From sequence record SRR22947727_617: a stretch of 34,156 nt of DNA. One strand, given 5' to 3'. Made by a program: the position numbers and the translations under genes. Within the stretch, counting starts at the first letter, position 1. Each line of letters starts with the position of its first letter. The notes below the pieces were generated by a model that ran no database searches, was not told the origin of the DNA, and was given only the letters and a program-made list of their open reading frames with translations. Shown here in pieces: positions 10,141 through 19,911 of the stretch.

Positions 10141-10680
10141 ATGACCTTTTATCCAAATGAACGCATAGCAATATTTATTGATGGGTCAAATCTTTACAAT
10201 ACTGTAAAATATTTAGATTTTGACATCGATTATACAAAATTATTAAATTTTTTTTCTGAAAAAGGAAATTTGATCACCGCAAATTACTATACCGCAGTTT
10301 TTGAAGATGATAATTACTCACCTATAAAAACGCTTGTCGATTGGTTATCTTACAATGGATGGCAACTGATAACAAAACCGGCAAAGCATTTGATAGATAG
10401 AAACGGTCGTCGCCGTGTAAAAGGCGATATGGATGCAGAGATTATTGTAGATATGCTGGAATTATCGCCACGAATTGATCACATGATTTTATTCACAGGT
10501 GACGGTGATTTTAATGTTGCTTTAAAAGCTGTTCAAAGAAAAGGGGTAAGAGTTACAGTTGTATCAACATTGAAGTCTGACCCACCAATGCTTGCAGATG
10601 AATTACGAAGACAGGCTAACGATTTTATAGAGATTACAGAAATGGATAAAATTATTGGCAGACATAATAGCAAACCTTAA
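10141..10680 (+). CDS. NYN domain (LabA/DUF88, PIN-like) protein
   Basis: IFIDGSNL, KGDMD, FTGDGDF, LRRQANDF; MTFYP start preferred over 10120. Confidence 0.92.
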   Translation: MTFYPNERIAIFIDGSNLYNTVKYLDFDIDYTKLLNFFSEKGNLITANYYTAVFEDDNYSPIKTLVDWLSYNGWQLITKPAKHLIDRNGRRRVKGDMDAEIIVDMLELSPRIDHMILFTGDGDFNVALKAVQRKGVRVTVVSTLKSDPPMLADELRRQANDFIEITEMDKIIGRHNSKP

Positions 10681-10685
10681 AACTA

Positions 10686-11330
10686 ATGACTTTTATTGAA
10701 CCAAATAAAAATTGCAATTTATGTCCAAGGTTACGCAATTTTTTGTTAGAGAAACGGATAGAATTTCCAAAATATCATAATTCTCCTGTACCAAGTTTTG
10801 GTGATAAATCTCCTGAATTGTTAATTATTGGACTTGCTCCAGGACTGCATGGAGCAAATAAAACTGGCCGTCCTTTCACAGGGGATTGGGCCGGAGATTT
10901 GCTCTTTTCTGCTTTAGAAAAGTATGGATTCACAAAGGGTACCTATAAAGGAACTTCTGATGATGGATTAGAACTTAATGGAGTACGAATCACGAATGCT
11001 GTGCGCTGTGTACCACCGCAAAATAAACCGATCAGTACTGAAGCAAACGCTTGTAGAGAATTTTTAAAAAAAGAATTAAAGAGCTTAACTTCTGTAAAAG
11101 CAATTCTATGCTTAGGTAAAATAAGTCATGATAATACAGTGAGAGCACTAGACCTAAAATTAAGCTCTTATAAATTTGGACATCATGTTATAAATAGACT
11201 AGATGGAAATAAGAAACTGTTTTCAAGCTATCATTGTTCTCGCTACAATACTAATACAAAACGCCTAACTGAAAAAATGTTTTTTTCAGTATTTGAAAGC
11301 ATTAGATCTCATATCAATAATAAAGGTTAA
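10686..11330 (+). CDS. Uracil-DNA glycosylase, family 5 (UdgB-like, 4Fe-4S)
   Basis: CNLCPRL, GLAPGLHGANKTGRPFTGD, TNAVRCVPPQNKP, YHCSRYN. Confidence 0.92.
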   Translation: MTFIEPNKNCNLCPRLRNFLLEKRIEFPKYHNSPVPSFGDKSPELLIIGLAPGLHGANKTGRPFTGDWAGDLLFSALEKYGFTKGTYKGTSDDGLELNGVRITNAVRCVPPQNKPISTEANACREFLKKELKSLTSVKAILCLGKISHDNTVRALDLKLSSYKFGHHVINRLDGNKKLFSSYHCSRYNTNTKRLTEKMFFSVFESIRSHINNKG

Positions 11331-11335
11331 TACCC

Positions 11336-11800
11336 CTAACCTCTTTCCCTCATTAAACGCGCCTTATCTCTTTGCCAATCACGCTTTTTAACACTGTCTC
11401 TCTTGTCTTTATTATCTTTACCGGTAGCTGTACCAATCTGAATTTTTACACGTCCATTAATATCGAAATACATTTTCAATGGTATTAGAGTCCTACCCTT
11501 TCTCTGAGTTAAGTTCCACAAACTACTGATTTCATTACGTTTTACTAGTAATTTTCTTGGCCGTGTTGGCAAGTGATTAAACTGGCTAGCTGGTGAATAT
11601 ATTGGTATTGTGGAATTAATTAATATTAATTCCTGATTTTCAATAATTGCATAGCTTTCAGCAATATTACCCTGGCCTTCTCGTAAAGATTTAACTTCGG
11701 TACCTACGAGTATTATCCCGGCCTCAATTACCTCCTCAATTATATAATCAAAACGGGCACGACGGTTTTCGGCGATTAATTTTTTAATCTCTGAAGGCAT
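11336..11800 (-). CDS. smpB: SsrA-binding protein
   Basis: [42 protein letters not shown]. Confidence 0.97.
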   Translation of the reverse strand: MPSEIKKLIAENRRARFDYIIEEVIEAGIILVGTEVKSLREGQGNIAESYAIIENQELILINSTIPIYSPASQFNHLPTRPRKLLVKRNEISSLWNLTQRKGRTLIPLKMYFDINGRVKIQIGTATGKDNKDKRDSVKKRDWQRDKARLMRERG

Positions 11801-11802
11801 AA

Positions 11803-12678
11803 TTATATATTAACACCAGCCCTTTTCATAGCTGATACAATTAACTCCTTATTACAATCTTGCACGGTAGTTATGGGTAATCGCACGTCTGGGTTCATCT
11901 TACCTAATAAACTCAGAGCATATTTGGCTGGTGCTGGGCTAGGGTCGAGAAAAAGGTCCTGATGCATTCGGTGCAATGATCTGTTCAAAATTTTAGCTTC
12001 TTCAAACTTATTATTCCACATTAAATCATGGAAATGACTATAAGCTTTAGGAGCCACATTTGAGCCAACAGATATGCAACCTTGTCCACCGTGAGCTGTA
12101 TGTCCTAGTGAAGAAGGATCATCACCGGATAGTTGTATAAAATCTTCCCCACATCTTTCGTTAATAGCGGCTACTCGAGAAATTTCTCCAGTAGCATCCT
12201 TACATCCAATAACATTATCAAGAGTTGCTAATCGACCCATGGTATCGTTTGTAATATCTACAACAGAGCGGGCTGGTATATTATAAACAATAATAGGTAT
12301 ATCAACAGAATCAGAAATTGCTTTAAAATGCTGAAATATTCCTTCTTGACTAGGCCTATTGTAATAAGGAGTAACGACTAATACAGCATTAGCTCCTACG
12401 GACTTAGCCTTTTTTGTGTATGTAATGGAAACAGATGTTTCGTTTGATCCTGCACCAGCAATTACAGGAACTCTTCCATTAGCTGCTTCAACGCAAAGCT
12501 CGATTACTCTTTTGTGTTCCTTATCAGACAGAGTAGCAGATTCACCGGTAGTGCCGCATGGTACTAAACCATGTGTTCCCGATTCAATCTGCCATTCAAT
12601 AAAATCTTGATATGCTTTTTCATCAACTACTCCGTCCTTAAAAGGAGTAACCAAGGCTGTAATCGATCCTCTAATCAT
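11803..12678 (-). CDS. dapA: 4-hydroxy-tetrahydrodipicolinate synthase
   Basis: [27 protein letters not shown], Schiff-base GCKDATG. ATG at 12678 preferred; GTG at 12690 possible. Confidence 0.97.
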   Translation of the reverse strand: MIRGSITALVTPFKDGVVDEKAYQDFIEWQIESGTHGLVPCGTTGESATLSDKEHKRVIELCVEAANGRVPVIAGAGSNETSVSITYTKKAKSVGANAVLVVTPYYNRPSQEGIFQHFKAISDSVDIPIIVYNIPARSVVDITNDTMGRLATLDNVIGCKDATGEISRVAAINERCGEDFIQLSGDDPSSLGHTAHGGQGCISVGSNVAPKAYSHFHDLMWNNKFEEAKILNRSLHRMHQDLFLDPSPAPAKYALSLLGKMNPDVRLPITTVQDCNKELIVSAMKRAGVNI

Positions 12679-12702
12679 ATATTCTTTCACATATGTTATA
12701 AT

Positions 12703-12718
12703 GTTAATCTAAAATTAA
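12703..12718 (-). promoter_or_regulatory. Putative CtrA binding site
   Basis: Minus strand TTAA-TTTTAGA-TTAAC matches TTAA-N7-TTAAC, in the divergent dapA/lytic transglycosylase spacer. Confidence 0.5.
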
Positions 12719-12783
12719 ATAACAACTTTATATAACTTAGTCTATGCATGATCTTACAAGAAAGCTTACTTAAACAAGAAGAT

Positions 12784-14847
12784 ATGAATATTATTTATAT
12801 AAATAAACTATTTTTTAAAAATACACTTAAATTATGTAAAATCATACTTTACCTGTATTTATTTATATTTCATCACAATACAGTATATGCAAATACTCCA
12901 TTACCTAATTTAAAAACCTCCCCGCAAAATACATCGTTTATAATTGATGATATCCAATCAATGTATCTTCGAGGTGGAATTAGGGCTGCAAAAAAAGGTA
13001 ATTGGATAGACTTAAATAATTCAATCGAAAAACTAGACGATACAACATCTAAAGACTTATTATATTGGTTGCGAGCTGTTAAAAGTCCTGATTTATCATT
13101 TAAAGATATTAATTATGTAGTTGAAATACTTCATAATTGGCCACTTTCTACAACCATACAGGCAAAAGCTGAGAGAATTTTGTTTGATTATCCAATCAAC
13201 CATTTGGAGTTATTAAGTTGGTTTGAAGATAAAACTCCAGTAACTGGTGAAGGTCGTGCTGCATTAGCAAGGGCTTATTACAAGATTGGCGACATAAGAA
13301 ATGGAGATTATTGGCTAAAAAAGGCTTGGAATGAGTCTAAACTCACAAGTTACAGGCAAAAAGAGCTGTATCTAGAATTTAAAAGTAAACTAACGCAAAA
13401 TGATCATTACCTAAGAGCAGATCACCTACTTTGGCATGGTAAATTTCATTATAAAAAAATTAATCAGTTGCTTGATTATTTAGACAGAGACAAGCGATCT
13501 CTAATTATAGCAAGAATGAAAATTTCTACAAATAGGTCCGGAATAGACAGAGCTATTAATGAAATACCAGATGCCCTAATAAATGACACTTCTCTTAATT
13601 ATGAGCGGTCTAAATGGCGCCGAGTCAAGAAATCAAAAGACTATGCATTACCATTAATAAAAAAAATAAACGCTCCTGTTGAAAACCTCAAAGGTAGGCA
13701 GCTCATTTGGCTTGAAAAACGTATATATGTTCGTTGGCTCATAGAGGAAGAAAGATACGAAGAAGCCTATGAACTGTGCATTAATCACGGTCTGGAAAAT
13801 GGTGCTTGGTTTGCGGAAGCAGAATTTACCGCAGGATGGTTAGCTTACACTAGACTTAATAAACCACAATTAGCAAAAAAGCATTTTGAAACGCTTAATG
13901 CAGGCGTCTCTCTATCAGTTTCCTCAAGCAGAGCGCTTTATTGGCTAGGACGTACAAGTGAAACACTTAAAGATGCAAATGCTAACAATTATTTTATGGA
14001 AGCCTCAAAGTATACAAATACATTTTATGGGCAGTTGGCATCAAATGTGATTAATGGGGTAGGATATCAATCAATTTTACCATCAGAAATTGATACGAAG
14101 AACTTTGAAAAAAGCTTTTCTATGGACCCAAGAATAAGGGCAATGAATTTATTAGGCGAACTTGGGGAAGAAGACTTATTTACTAGCTTCTCATTTCATA
14201 TGGACGATCAATTTGATGATGAACAACAACTTACTCTGCTATCTAAGTTAAGTTCAAAATATGATTATATGCGCCCTTCTGTTAGAGCAGCAAAGCAAGC
14301 ATCACGTTTTAAAAAAATGCTAACGGAGTCAGGATACCCATTAATCAGTGAAATAGAAATGCTGTCTACAGATTTCGACATACCATTTGTTTATGCAATA
14401 GCGAGGCAAGAAAGCGAATTTGAATACAATGTTATAAGCTCAGCTAAAGCTTATGGAATGATGCAAATGATTAATAGTACTGCAAGAGAAACAGCTAAAA
14501 AACATAATATGGATTATTCACGTTCAAAATTAATAGCTGATAGAGATTATAGCGCCAAGTTAGGGGCTTTACATCTCAACGATTTACTCGAAAGATTTGA
14601 TGGTTCGTATATATTAGCAGCTGCGGCCTATAACGCCGGAGCCCATAGAGCTAAATACTGGATATCTAAATATGGAGACCCGCGTTCTAGTGAGATCAAT
14701 ACAATAGATTGGATAGAATCAATACCGTTTTCTGAAACACGTAATTACGTACAAAGGGTTTTGGAAAACCTTCAGATATACAGGGCTAGAAGAAATAATA
14801 ATAAATTTTCTAATCAAATAACTAAAGATATAAATATAAGTAATTAG
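12784..14847 (+). CDS. Soluble lytic murein transglycosylase (Slt70-like)
   Basis: Signal-like N-terminus ending VYA, long helical region, catalytic IARQESEF, GMMQM, AAYNAG, IPFSETRNYV. Start uncertain (12748 or 12784). Confidence 0.93.
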   Translation: MNIIYINKLFFKNTLKLCKIILYLYLFIFHHNTVYANTPLPNLKTSPQNTSFIIDDIQSMYLRGGIRAAKKGNWIDLNNSIEKLDDTTSKDLLYWLRAVKSPDLSFKDINYVVEILHNWPLSTTIQAKAERILFDYPINHLELLSWFEDKTPVTGEGRAALARAYYKIGDIRNGDYWLKKAWNESKLTSYRQKELYLEFKSKLTQNDHYLRADHLLWHGKFHYKKINQLLDYLDRDKRSLIIARMKISTNRSGIDRAINEIPDALINDTSLNYERSKWRRVKKSKDYALPLIKKINAPVENLKGRQLIWLEKRIYVRWLIEEERYEEAYELCINHGLENGAWFAEAEFTAGWLAYTRLNKPQLAKKHFETLNAGVSLSVSSSRALYWLGRTSETLKDANANNYFMEASKYTNTFYGQLASNVINGVGYQSILPSEIDTKNFEKSFSMDPRIRAMNLLGELGEEDLFTSFSFHMDDQFDDEQQLTLLSKLSSKYDYMRPSVRAAKQASRFKKMLTESGYPLISEIEMLSTDFDIPFVYAIARQESEFEYNVISSAKAYGMMQMINSTARETAKKHNMDYSRSKLIADRDYSAKLGALHLNDLLERFDGSYILAAAAYNAGAHRAKYWISKYGDPRSSEINTIDWIESIPFSETRNYVQRVLENLQIYRARRNNNKFSNQITKDINISN

Positions 14848-14900
14848 AAAAAATCTGCTTATTTCTAAAGATATATTGTTCTATAAGTTCCTAATAGAAC
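14844..14900. terminator. Two weak hairpins between convergent genes, possible bidirectional terminator
   Basis: TTAGAAA(14844-50)/TTTCTAA(14862-68) and GTTCTAT(14878-84)/ATAGAAC(14894-900). Stems are AT-rich with long loops. Confidence 0.3.
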
Positions 14901-14920
14901 TAAAGAAAATTTTTATAAAA

Positions 14921-15925
14921 TCACAAAGATAATACTTCATCCGCTCTACATGCAACGGAATTATCGACGTTACCACCGGATAATATCACGCATATAGTTT
15001 TAATATTTGTATATTTACTCATATCACCCTTTAACAATGAAGCTAAAGCAACTGAACCTCCGGGTTCAAGTTGTAAGCCTGTTTCTTTTTTAAAAATAGC
15101 CATAGAATAGAGACATTCATTATCTGTGACAGTAAATACATTTGCTAAGGATTTTTTATTAATTGGCCATGTTAAGTTACCAGGCTTTGGTGTCATAAGA
15201 GCATCACAAATCGTATTATTCGTAGTTAATACCGCTTTCCTTTTGTTAGACAAAAGAGATAACTGATGATCATTATATAAATATGGTTCAGCACCATAAA
15301 TTTTAGTTTTAGGTGACAACTCTTGCATTGCCAAACTTATACCAGCACACAACCCGCCCCCCCCTAGACATGTTATCAAGCCATCAAAATGAATGCCACT
15401 TTTAGCAATCTCTAGTCCAACTGTACCTTGACCTGCAATAATGTAAGGATCATCGTAACTGGGAACATATATATATCCGTATTTTCTTGATAATTGCTTA
15501 GCAATTTCCTCTCGACTTTCAGTGTGCCTATTATAAAAGTATATTTTTCCATTATAACGCTTTACGCCTTTGATTTTCACAACTGGTGCATCAGTAGGCA
15601 TAACAATGTGAGATGAAATATTTAACTCTTTTGCAGCTCTTGCTATACCTTGAGCATGATTACCTGAACTCGTAGCCACAACACCCTTTAGTTTATCAGC
15701 GCCCGATAAATTTGCTAAACGATTAAATGCCCCCCTATATTTAAATGAGCCACTTTTTTGAATACATTCAGGTTTAAACCAGACTTTTTTTTGAGTTATA
15801 ATATCAATAACATCAGAGCGAATTAAAGGAGTTGGAAAAAGGTTTCCGTTTAATACACTAGCAGCACTTTCAATATCTTGAAAAATTGGTTTATTTACAC
15901 TGATATTTTTATAACGATTATTCAT
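14921..15925 (-). CDS. PLP-dependent threonine/serine dehydratase (no regulatory domain)
   Basis: KPECIQKSGSFKYRGA, SSGNHAQG, AGQGTVGLE, LGGGGL, LEPGG, LSGGNVD. Confidence 0.9.
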   Translation of the reverse strand: MNNRYKNISVNKPIFQDIESAASVLNGNLFPTPLIRSDVIDIITQKKVWFKPECIQKSGSFKYRGAFNRLANLSGADKLKGVVATSSGNHAQGIARAAKELNISSHIVMPTDAPVVKIKGVKRYNGKIYFYNRHTESREEIAKQLSRKYGYIYVPSYDDPYIIAGQGTVGLEIAKSGIHFDGLITCLGGGGLCAGISLAMQELSPKTKIYGAEPYLYNDHQLSLLSNKRKAVLTTNNTICDALMTPKPGNLTWPINKKSLANVFTVTDNECLYSMAIFKKETGLQLEPGGSVALASLLKGDMSKYTNIKTICVILSGGNVDNSVACRADEVLSL

Positions 15926-15932
15926 ATGCTTA

Positions 15933-15959
15933 TTGACACTAACTGAATCTACATAAATA
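15933..15959 (+). promoter_or_regulatory. Possible promoter of the acyl-CoA ligase
   Basis: Perfect TTGACA at 15933-15938 and GANTC at 15945-15949; the -10 is weak or short-spaced (TAAATA after 15 nt). Confidence 0.3.
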
Positions 15960-15998
15960 AAACACCCAAATTAAAAACTTTATTGGGGGGGTAGGTCT

Positions 15999-17621
15999 AT
16001 GCAAGGCTTAATGATGAAACAAGAGCTAATGATTAGTGATCTTATAGAACATGCATCAAAGGTTCACTCGACGCGTGAAATTTATACTCTTAATTCCGAT
16101 ATGAGCGAACATCGCTATACCTGGGCTGATTGTGCTGTTCGGGTAAAAAAACTTGCAAATGCACTTTTAAAAGCAGGAGTTAAAAAGGGTGATCGTGTAG
16201 CTACAATTGCATGGAATAATTACCAACATATTGAAATATATTATGCAGTATCTTCAGTTGGGGCTATTGTGCATACTATAAATCCACGCTTAAAACCTGA
16301 TCAAATATCATGGATGGTGAATCATGCAGAAGATTGTTTTGTATTTTTTGATAAAACATTTTCGCCGATTGTACACGCAATATCCAATAGTTGTAATAGC
16401 GTTGAACATTGGATTTGTCTTACAGATAAACAAAATTTACCTAATATTGATACACATATAATAGATTATGAGGGTTTTATAGTTAATGCATCTGAACAAA
16501 TTATATGGGAAAGGTTTAATGAAAATACAGCCTGTACACTTTGTTACACCTCAGGAACTACAGGAAACCCTAAAGGAGTTCTTTACTCTCATAGATCAAC
16601 AGTTTTGCACGCAATGGCTGGATCTTTTCATGATGTTATTGGTGCTGGATCTCGAAGTGTAATACTTGCTGTTGTTCCTATGTTTCATGTGTCAGCTTGG
16701 GGTTTAATTTATTCAGCAGCAATGATTGGAGCTAAACTTGTAATGCCAGGACCGGGCCTTGATGGTGAAAGTATGTGCAGAATGATTAACCAAGAAAATG
16801 TATCTCTTATGGCTGGCGTGCCTACGGTATGGCTAGGAGTTTACAATTACGCTAAAGAGAATAACATTAAACTCAGTAGTGTTAAAAAAGCTTTAGTTGG
16901 AGGCTCAGCACTACCAGAGTCGCTTTTAAGAGCATATGAACAAGATCTAGGAATTCCAATGCAGCAAGGCTGGGGTATGACTGAGACCTCACCAATAGGT
17001 TGTACGTACACACCTCACCCTGATACAGATCTAAATGATTATGATGCCACAGTCAGTGATAAGTTACTTGCTGGGCGCAGAATGTTTGGTGTTGATATGC
17101 GTATTGTCGATGATGAAAACAATATATTAGCAGAAGATGGAATTGCGGAAGGCCATCTACAAGTCAGGGGACCTTGGGTTGCAAGTGGGTATTTCAAAGG
17201 GGATGGTGCAGATAGTTTCACCAGTGATGGGTGGTTCGCAACTGGTGATGTCAGTAAATTACATCCATCTGGCTTTATGGAAATCACTGATAGATCTAAG
17301 GATGTAATTAAGTCAGGAGGAGAATGGGTTAGCTCAATTGATGTAGAGAATGCAGCGTCTGATCATCCGGAGGTTGCAATGGCTGCCTGCATTGGGATAA
17401 GACACGAAAAATGGCAAGAAAGACCTTTTCTTATTTTGCAACCCGTTCCCGGAAAAAAACCCAATAAAGAAGAAGTAAAATCTTATATACTAGCTAAATG
17501 CGCTAAATGGTGGATGCCTGATGAAATTGTCTATCAAGACGAGTTACCACTTGGAGCAACTGGAAAAATTCTTAAACGAGAACTAAAGATAATTTATAAG
17601 GATTATTATACAAATAAATGA
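15999..17621 (+). CDS. Fatty acyl-CoA ligase (AlkK/DmdB-like subfamily)
   Basis: MQGLMM..LMISDLIEHA, YTSGTTGNPKG, VPMFHVSAWG, WGMTETSP, FATGD, DRSKDVIKSGGEWVSS, ATGKILK. Confidence 0.92.
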   Translation: MQGLMMKQELMISDLIEHASKVHSTREIYTLNSDMSEHRYTWADCAVRVKKLANALLKAGVKKGDRVATIAWNNYQHIEIYYAVSSVGAIVHTINPRLKPDQISWMVNHAEDCFVFFDKTFSPIVHAISNSCNSVEHWICLTDKQNLPNIDTHIIDYEGFIVNASEQIIWERFNENTACTLCYTSGTTGNPKGVLYSHRSTVLHAMAGSFHDVIGAGSRSVILAVVPMFHVSAWGLIYSAAMIGAKLVMPGPGLDGESMCRMINQENVSLMAGVPTVWLGVYNYAKENNIKLSSVKKALVGGSALPESLLRAYEQDLGIPMQQGWGMTETSPIGCTYTPHPDTDLNDYDATVSDKLLAGRRMFGVDMRIVDDENNILAEDGIAEGHLQVRGPWVASGYFKGDGADSFTSDGWFATGDVSKLHPSGFMEITDRSKDVIKSGGEWVSSIDVENAASDHPEVAMAACIGIRHEKWQERPFLILQPVPGKKPNKEEVKSYILAKCAKWWMPDEIVYQDELPLGATGKILKRELKIIYKDYYTNK

Positions 17622-17629
17622 TTTTTAAT

Positions 17630-18856
17630 TTAGTAATTATTTCCGAGACCAAATAACTTCCCATTTTCTGTAATAATTACTGCAATTAAAGAAGATATGC
17701 CTAGAATTATAAATCCAATTAAAATTGGAATCACTGTTCCATTAAAATTACTTGAAACCATAAACCCAAAAACACTTGATACAGCGGTAGTAAAAAAACC
17801 ATACAATGCACTTGCTGTACCAGCTTTATCGCCCTGTGTTTCCATAGCAATGGCAGAAAAATTTGCACCTAACATTCCAAAACAACCAAATGTTAAGGCA
17901 AACAACGGAAGAAATATAAATAATTGTTCTCCAATAAAACAACATATCAATAAATTTACAAAAGAAAGAAAAACAAATAGAATCAGTGCTAAATGGCTTA
18001 TTCTACGCATTCCAATTTTATCAACAATTCGAAAGTTGATGAAATTAGCCAATGCTAATGTACCTGCTATTATAGCAAACCATAAAGAAAATAAACTTCC
18101 AGAGTCAAATACATCATTAAATATTTGTTCAGCCGAAGCAATAAAAGCAAAAAGAGCAGCATATATAAAACCGCTAGAGATCATATAACCCGTCGTAACA
18201 GGGTCTTGTAAGACTTTAAAAAAAACATTAGTTGAATGCCTGAATCCTATGCTTCCTTTAGTTGAATTTTCTAGAGTTTCAGGAAGTCTATAGTGCACCC
18301 ATATAAATACCAATATACCTACAATGCCAAGAATTCCAAATGTCCATTTCCATCCGGCAACAATCATTACGCCCTGGCCAATTACTGGCGCAATGATTGG
18401 TATTATCATAAACACAGTCATAACAAGAGACATAATTCGAGCCATGGCGCGACCAACGGTTAAATCCCGCACTATAGATATTGCAATAACTCTTATTCCT
18501 GATGCAAATACTCCTTGAAATAACCTTGCTAAGCACAGGAAGTAAAAGCTGAAGGTAAACATACATAAAAAAGCGAAAAATACATACGCAACCATACATA
18601 ATTTCAAAAGATTTCTTCTTCCATATTTATCAGTAATTGGTCCAAAAAATAATTGCGGGACTCCAAATCCTAGAATGTATGAATAAATCAACCATTGTTG
18701 ATTATTTCCAACAACCTTATAGTGATCAGCAATAACGCCCATAGCTGGTAGCATAATATCTATGGCAAACGCATTCATTGCCATTAATGCCGCTATAAGA
18801 GATATAAACTCCCAAATATGCATCGAAAAGTTTGGATGATTATTTTTATTAATCAT
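17630..18856 (-). CDS. Bcr/CflA (DHA1) family MFS efflux transporter
   Basis: LMAMNAFAIDIMLPA, GPITDKYGRR, ARLFQG, PIIAPVIG, LPETL, about 12 TM segments. ATG at 18856 avoids overlap with thiG. Confidence 0.92.
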   Translation of the reverse strand: MINKNNHPNFSMHIWEFISLIAALMAMNAFAIDIMLPAMGVIADHYKVVGNNQQWLIYSYILGFGVPQLFFGPITDKYGRRNLLKLCMVAYVFFAFLCMFTFSFYFLCLARLFQGVFASGIRVIAISIVRDLTVGRAMARIMSLVMTVFMIIPIIAPVIGQGVMIVAGWKWTFGILGIVGILVFIWVHYRLPETLENSTKGSIGFRHSTNVFFKVLQDPVTTGYMISSGFIYAALFAFIASAEQIFNDVFDSGSLFSLWFAIIAGTLALANFINFRIVDKIGMRRISHLALILFVFLSFVNLLICCFIGEQLFIFLPLFALTFGCFGMLGANFSAIAMETQGDKAGTASALYGFFTTAVSSVFGFMVSSNFNGTVIPILIGFIILGISSLIAVIITENGKLFGLGNNY

Positions 18857-18866
18857 AAATAAAATG

Positions 18867-19655
18867 CTAAATAAGACCTGCCAAAGGTGAACTAGGGTCA
18901 GCATATTTTTTCATTGGCATTCTGCCGGCCAAATAAGATTCTCTACCTGCTATCACAGCATGTTTCATAGCTAAAGCCATTCTTATTGGATTTTTAGCAT
19001 CCGCGATAGCTGTATTCATTAAAACACCATCGCATCCAAGCTCCATTGCAATAGTTGCGTCCGATGCTGTCCCAACACCTGCATCAACAATAACAGGAAC
19101 CTTTGATTGTTCGACAATTAATCTAATATTGACTTTATTTTGAATGCCAAGCCCTGAACCAATAGGTGCCCCAAGAGGCATTATTGCTACGCACCCCATA
19201 GTTTCTAGTTTTTTTGCAAATACAGGATCGTCTGAACAATAAACCATAACTTCAAAGCCATCCTTTATAAGTAAATCAGCTGCTCTCAAAGTTTCTTCCA
19301 TGTCCGGATATAAATGTTTGGGGTCAGATAATACCTCAAGCTTGACAAGGTTCCAGCCTCCAGCTTCTTTAGCTAGCCGAAGGGTTCTAACGGCATCTTC
19401 ACCTGTAAAACAACCAGCTGTATTGGGCAGATAAATCGTTTTTTTGGGATCAATAAAATCAACAAGCATAGGCTTATTAGGGTTCGAAACATTAACTCTT
19501 CTGACTGCAACAGTCACCATTTCAGCACCAGAAGCATCAAGAGCATCAGAGTTTTGCTTATAATCTATATATTTTCCTGTACCTATTATTAAACGCGAAT
19601 TAAATTCGTAACTGCCCAATTTAAGGGTATCATCGGATTTAATATAATTTTTCAT
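18867..19655 (-). CDS. thiG: Thiazole synthase
   Basis: [48 protein letters not shown]. Confidence 0.98.
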   Translation of the reverse strand: MKNYIKSDDTLKLGSYEFNSRLIIGTGKYIDYKQNSDALDASGAEMVTVAVRRVNVSNPNKPMLVDFIDPKKTIYLPNTAGCFTGEDAVRTLRLAKEAGGWNLVKLEVLSDPKHLYPDMEETLRAADLLIKDGFEVMVYCSDDPVFAKKLETMGCVAIMPLGAPIGSGLGIQNKVNIRLIVEQSKVPVIVDAGVGTASDATIAMELGCDGVLMNTAIADAKNPIRMALAMKHAVIAGRESYLAGRMPMKKYADPSSPLAGLI

Positions 19656-19858
19656 TACCCGCCACCTATGAAATGTATGATTTCGATTATATCGCCATCA
19701 TTTAATATTGCTGTATTAAATGATGATTTAGAGACGATTTCGCGATTCCGTTCAATGGCTATTTTATTAGCTGGCAATTTTAAATAATCCAATAAGTCTT
19801 GCATAGTCATATTTTCTATTAAGTTATCATATATTTTACCGTTCACAGTTAAATACAT
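19655..19858 (-). CDS. thiS: Sulfur carrier protein ThiS
   Basis: 67 aa, [11 protein letters not shown]-terminal FIGGG; TAATG coupling to thiG. Confidence 0.96.
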   Translation of the reverse strand: MYLTVNGKIYDNLIENMTMQDLLDYLKLPANKIAIERNREIVSKSSFNTAILNDGDIIEIIHFIGGG

Positions 19859-19882
19859 ACTTTATTCCTTTGATATAGAGGC

Positions 19883-19911
19883 TTGTGGATAGAGCATTGT
19901 GAGGTTAACAT
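19883..19911 (+). promoter_or_regulatory. Putative sigma70 promoter of aroQ-accB-accC
   Basis: TTGTGG-17 nt-TAACAT ending 19 nt before the aroQ ATG. Confidence 0.4.

Noticed and set aside
11331..11802. tmRNA (ssrA) next to smpB
   Set aside because: Flanking gaps are 5 and 2 nt, leaving no room and no tRNA-like sequence.
14878..14890. GTTC-TATAA-GTTC resembling the alphaproteobacterial LexA box
   Set aside because: Spacing is N5 rather than N7, and it lies between convergent 3' ends, not in a promoter.
14885..14901. AAGTTCCTAATAGAACT resembling FRT recombination-site arms
   Set aside because: No 8-bp spacer, incomplete arms and no recombinase nearby; better explained as part of a hairpin or chance.
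15357..15364. G8 tract (coding strand) in the dehydratase as a phase-variation site
   Set aside because: It encodes the conserved GGGG PLP-phosphate loop, the frame is intact, and the gene is not a typical contingency locus.
17697..18599. ORFs of 163, 103 and 64 aa overlapping the MFS gene
   Set aside because: Shadow or alternative-frame ORFs of a hydrophobic membrane-protein gene, with no motifs. The same applies to the other short ORFs nested in recO, pdxJ, spoT, rpoZ, accBC, crt, ccmB, mazG, trkH and trkA.
19884..19892. DnaA-box-like CTATCCACA (minus strand) in the thiS/aroQ spacer
   Set aside because: Single site with one mismatch, overlapping a putative -35; no box cluster or origin context.
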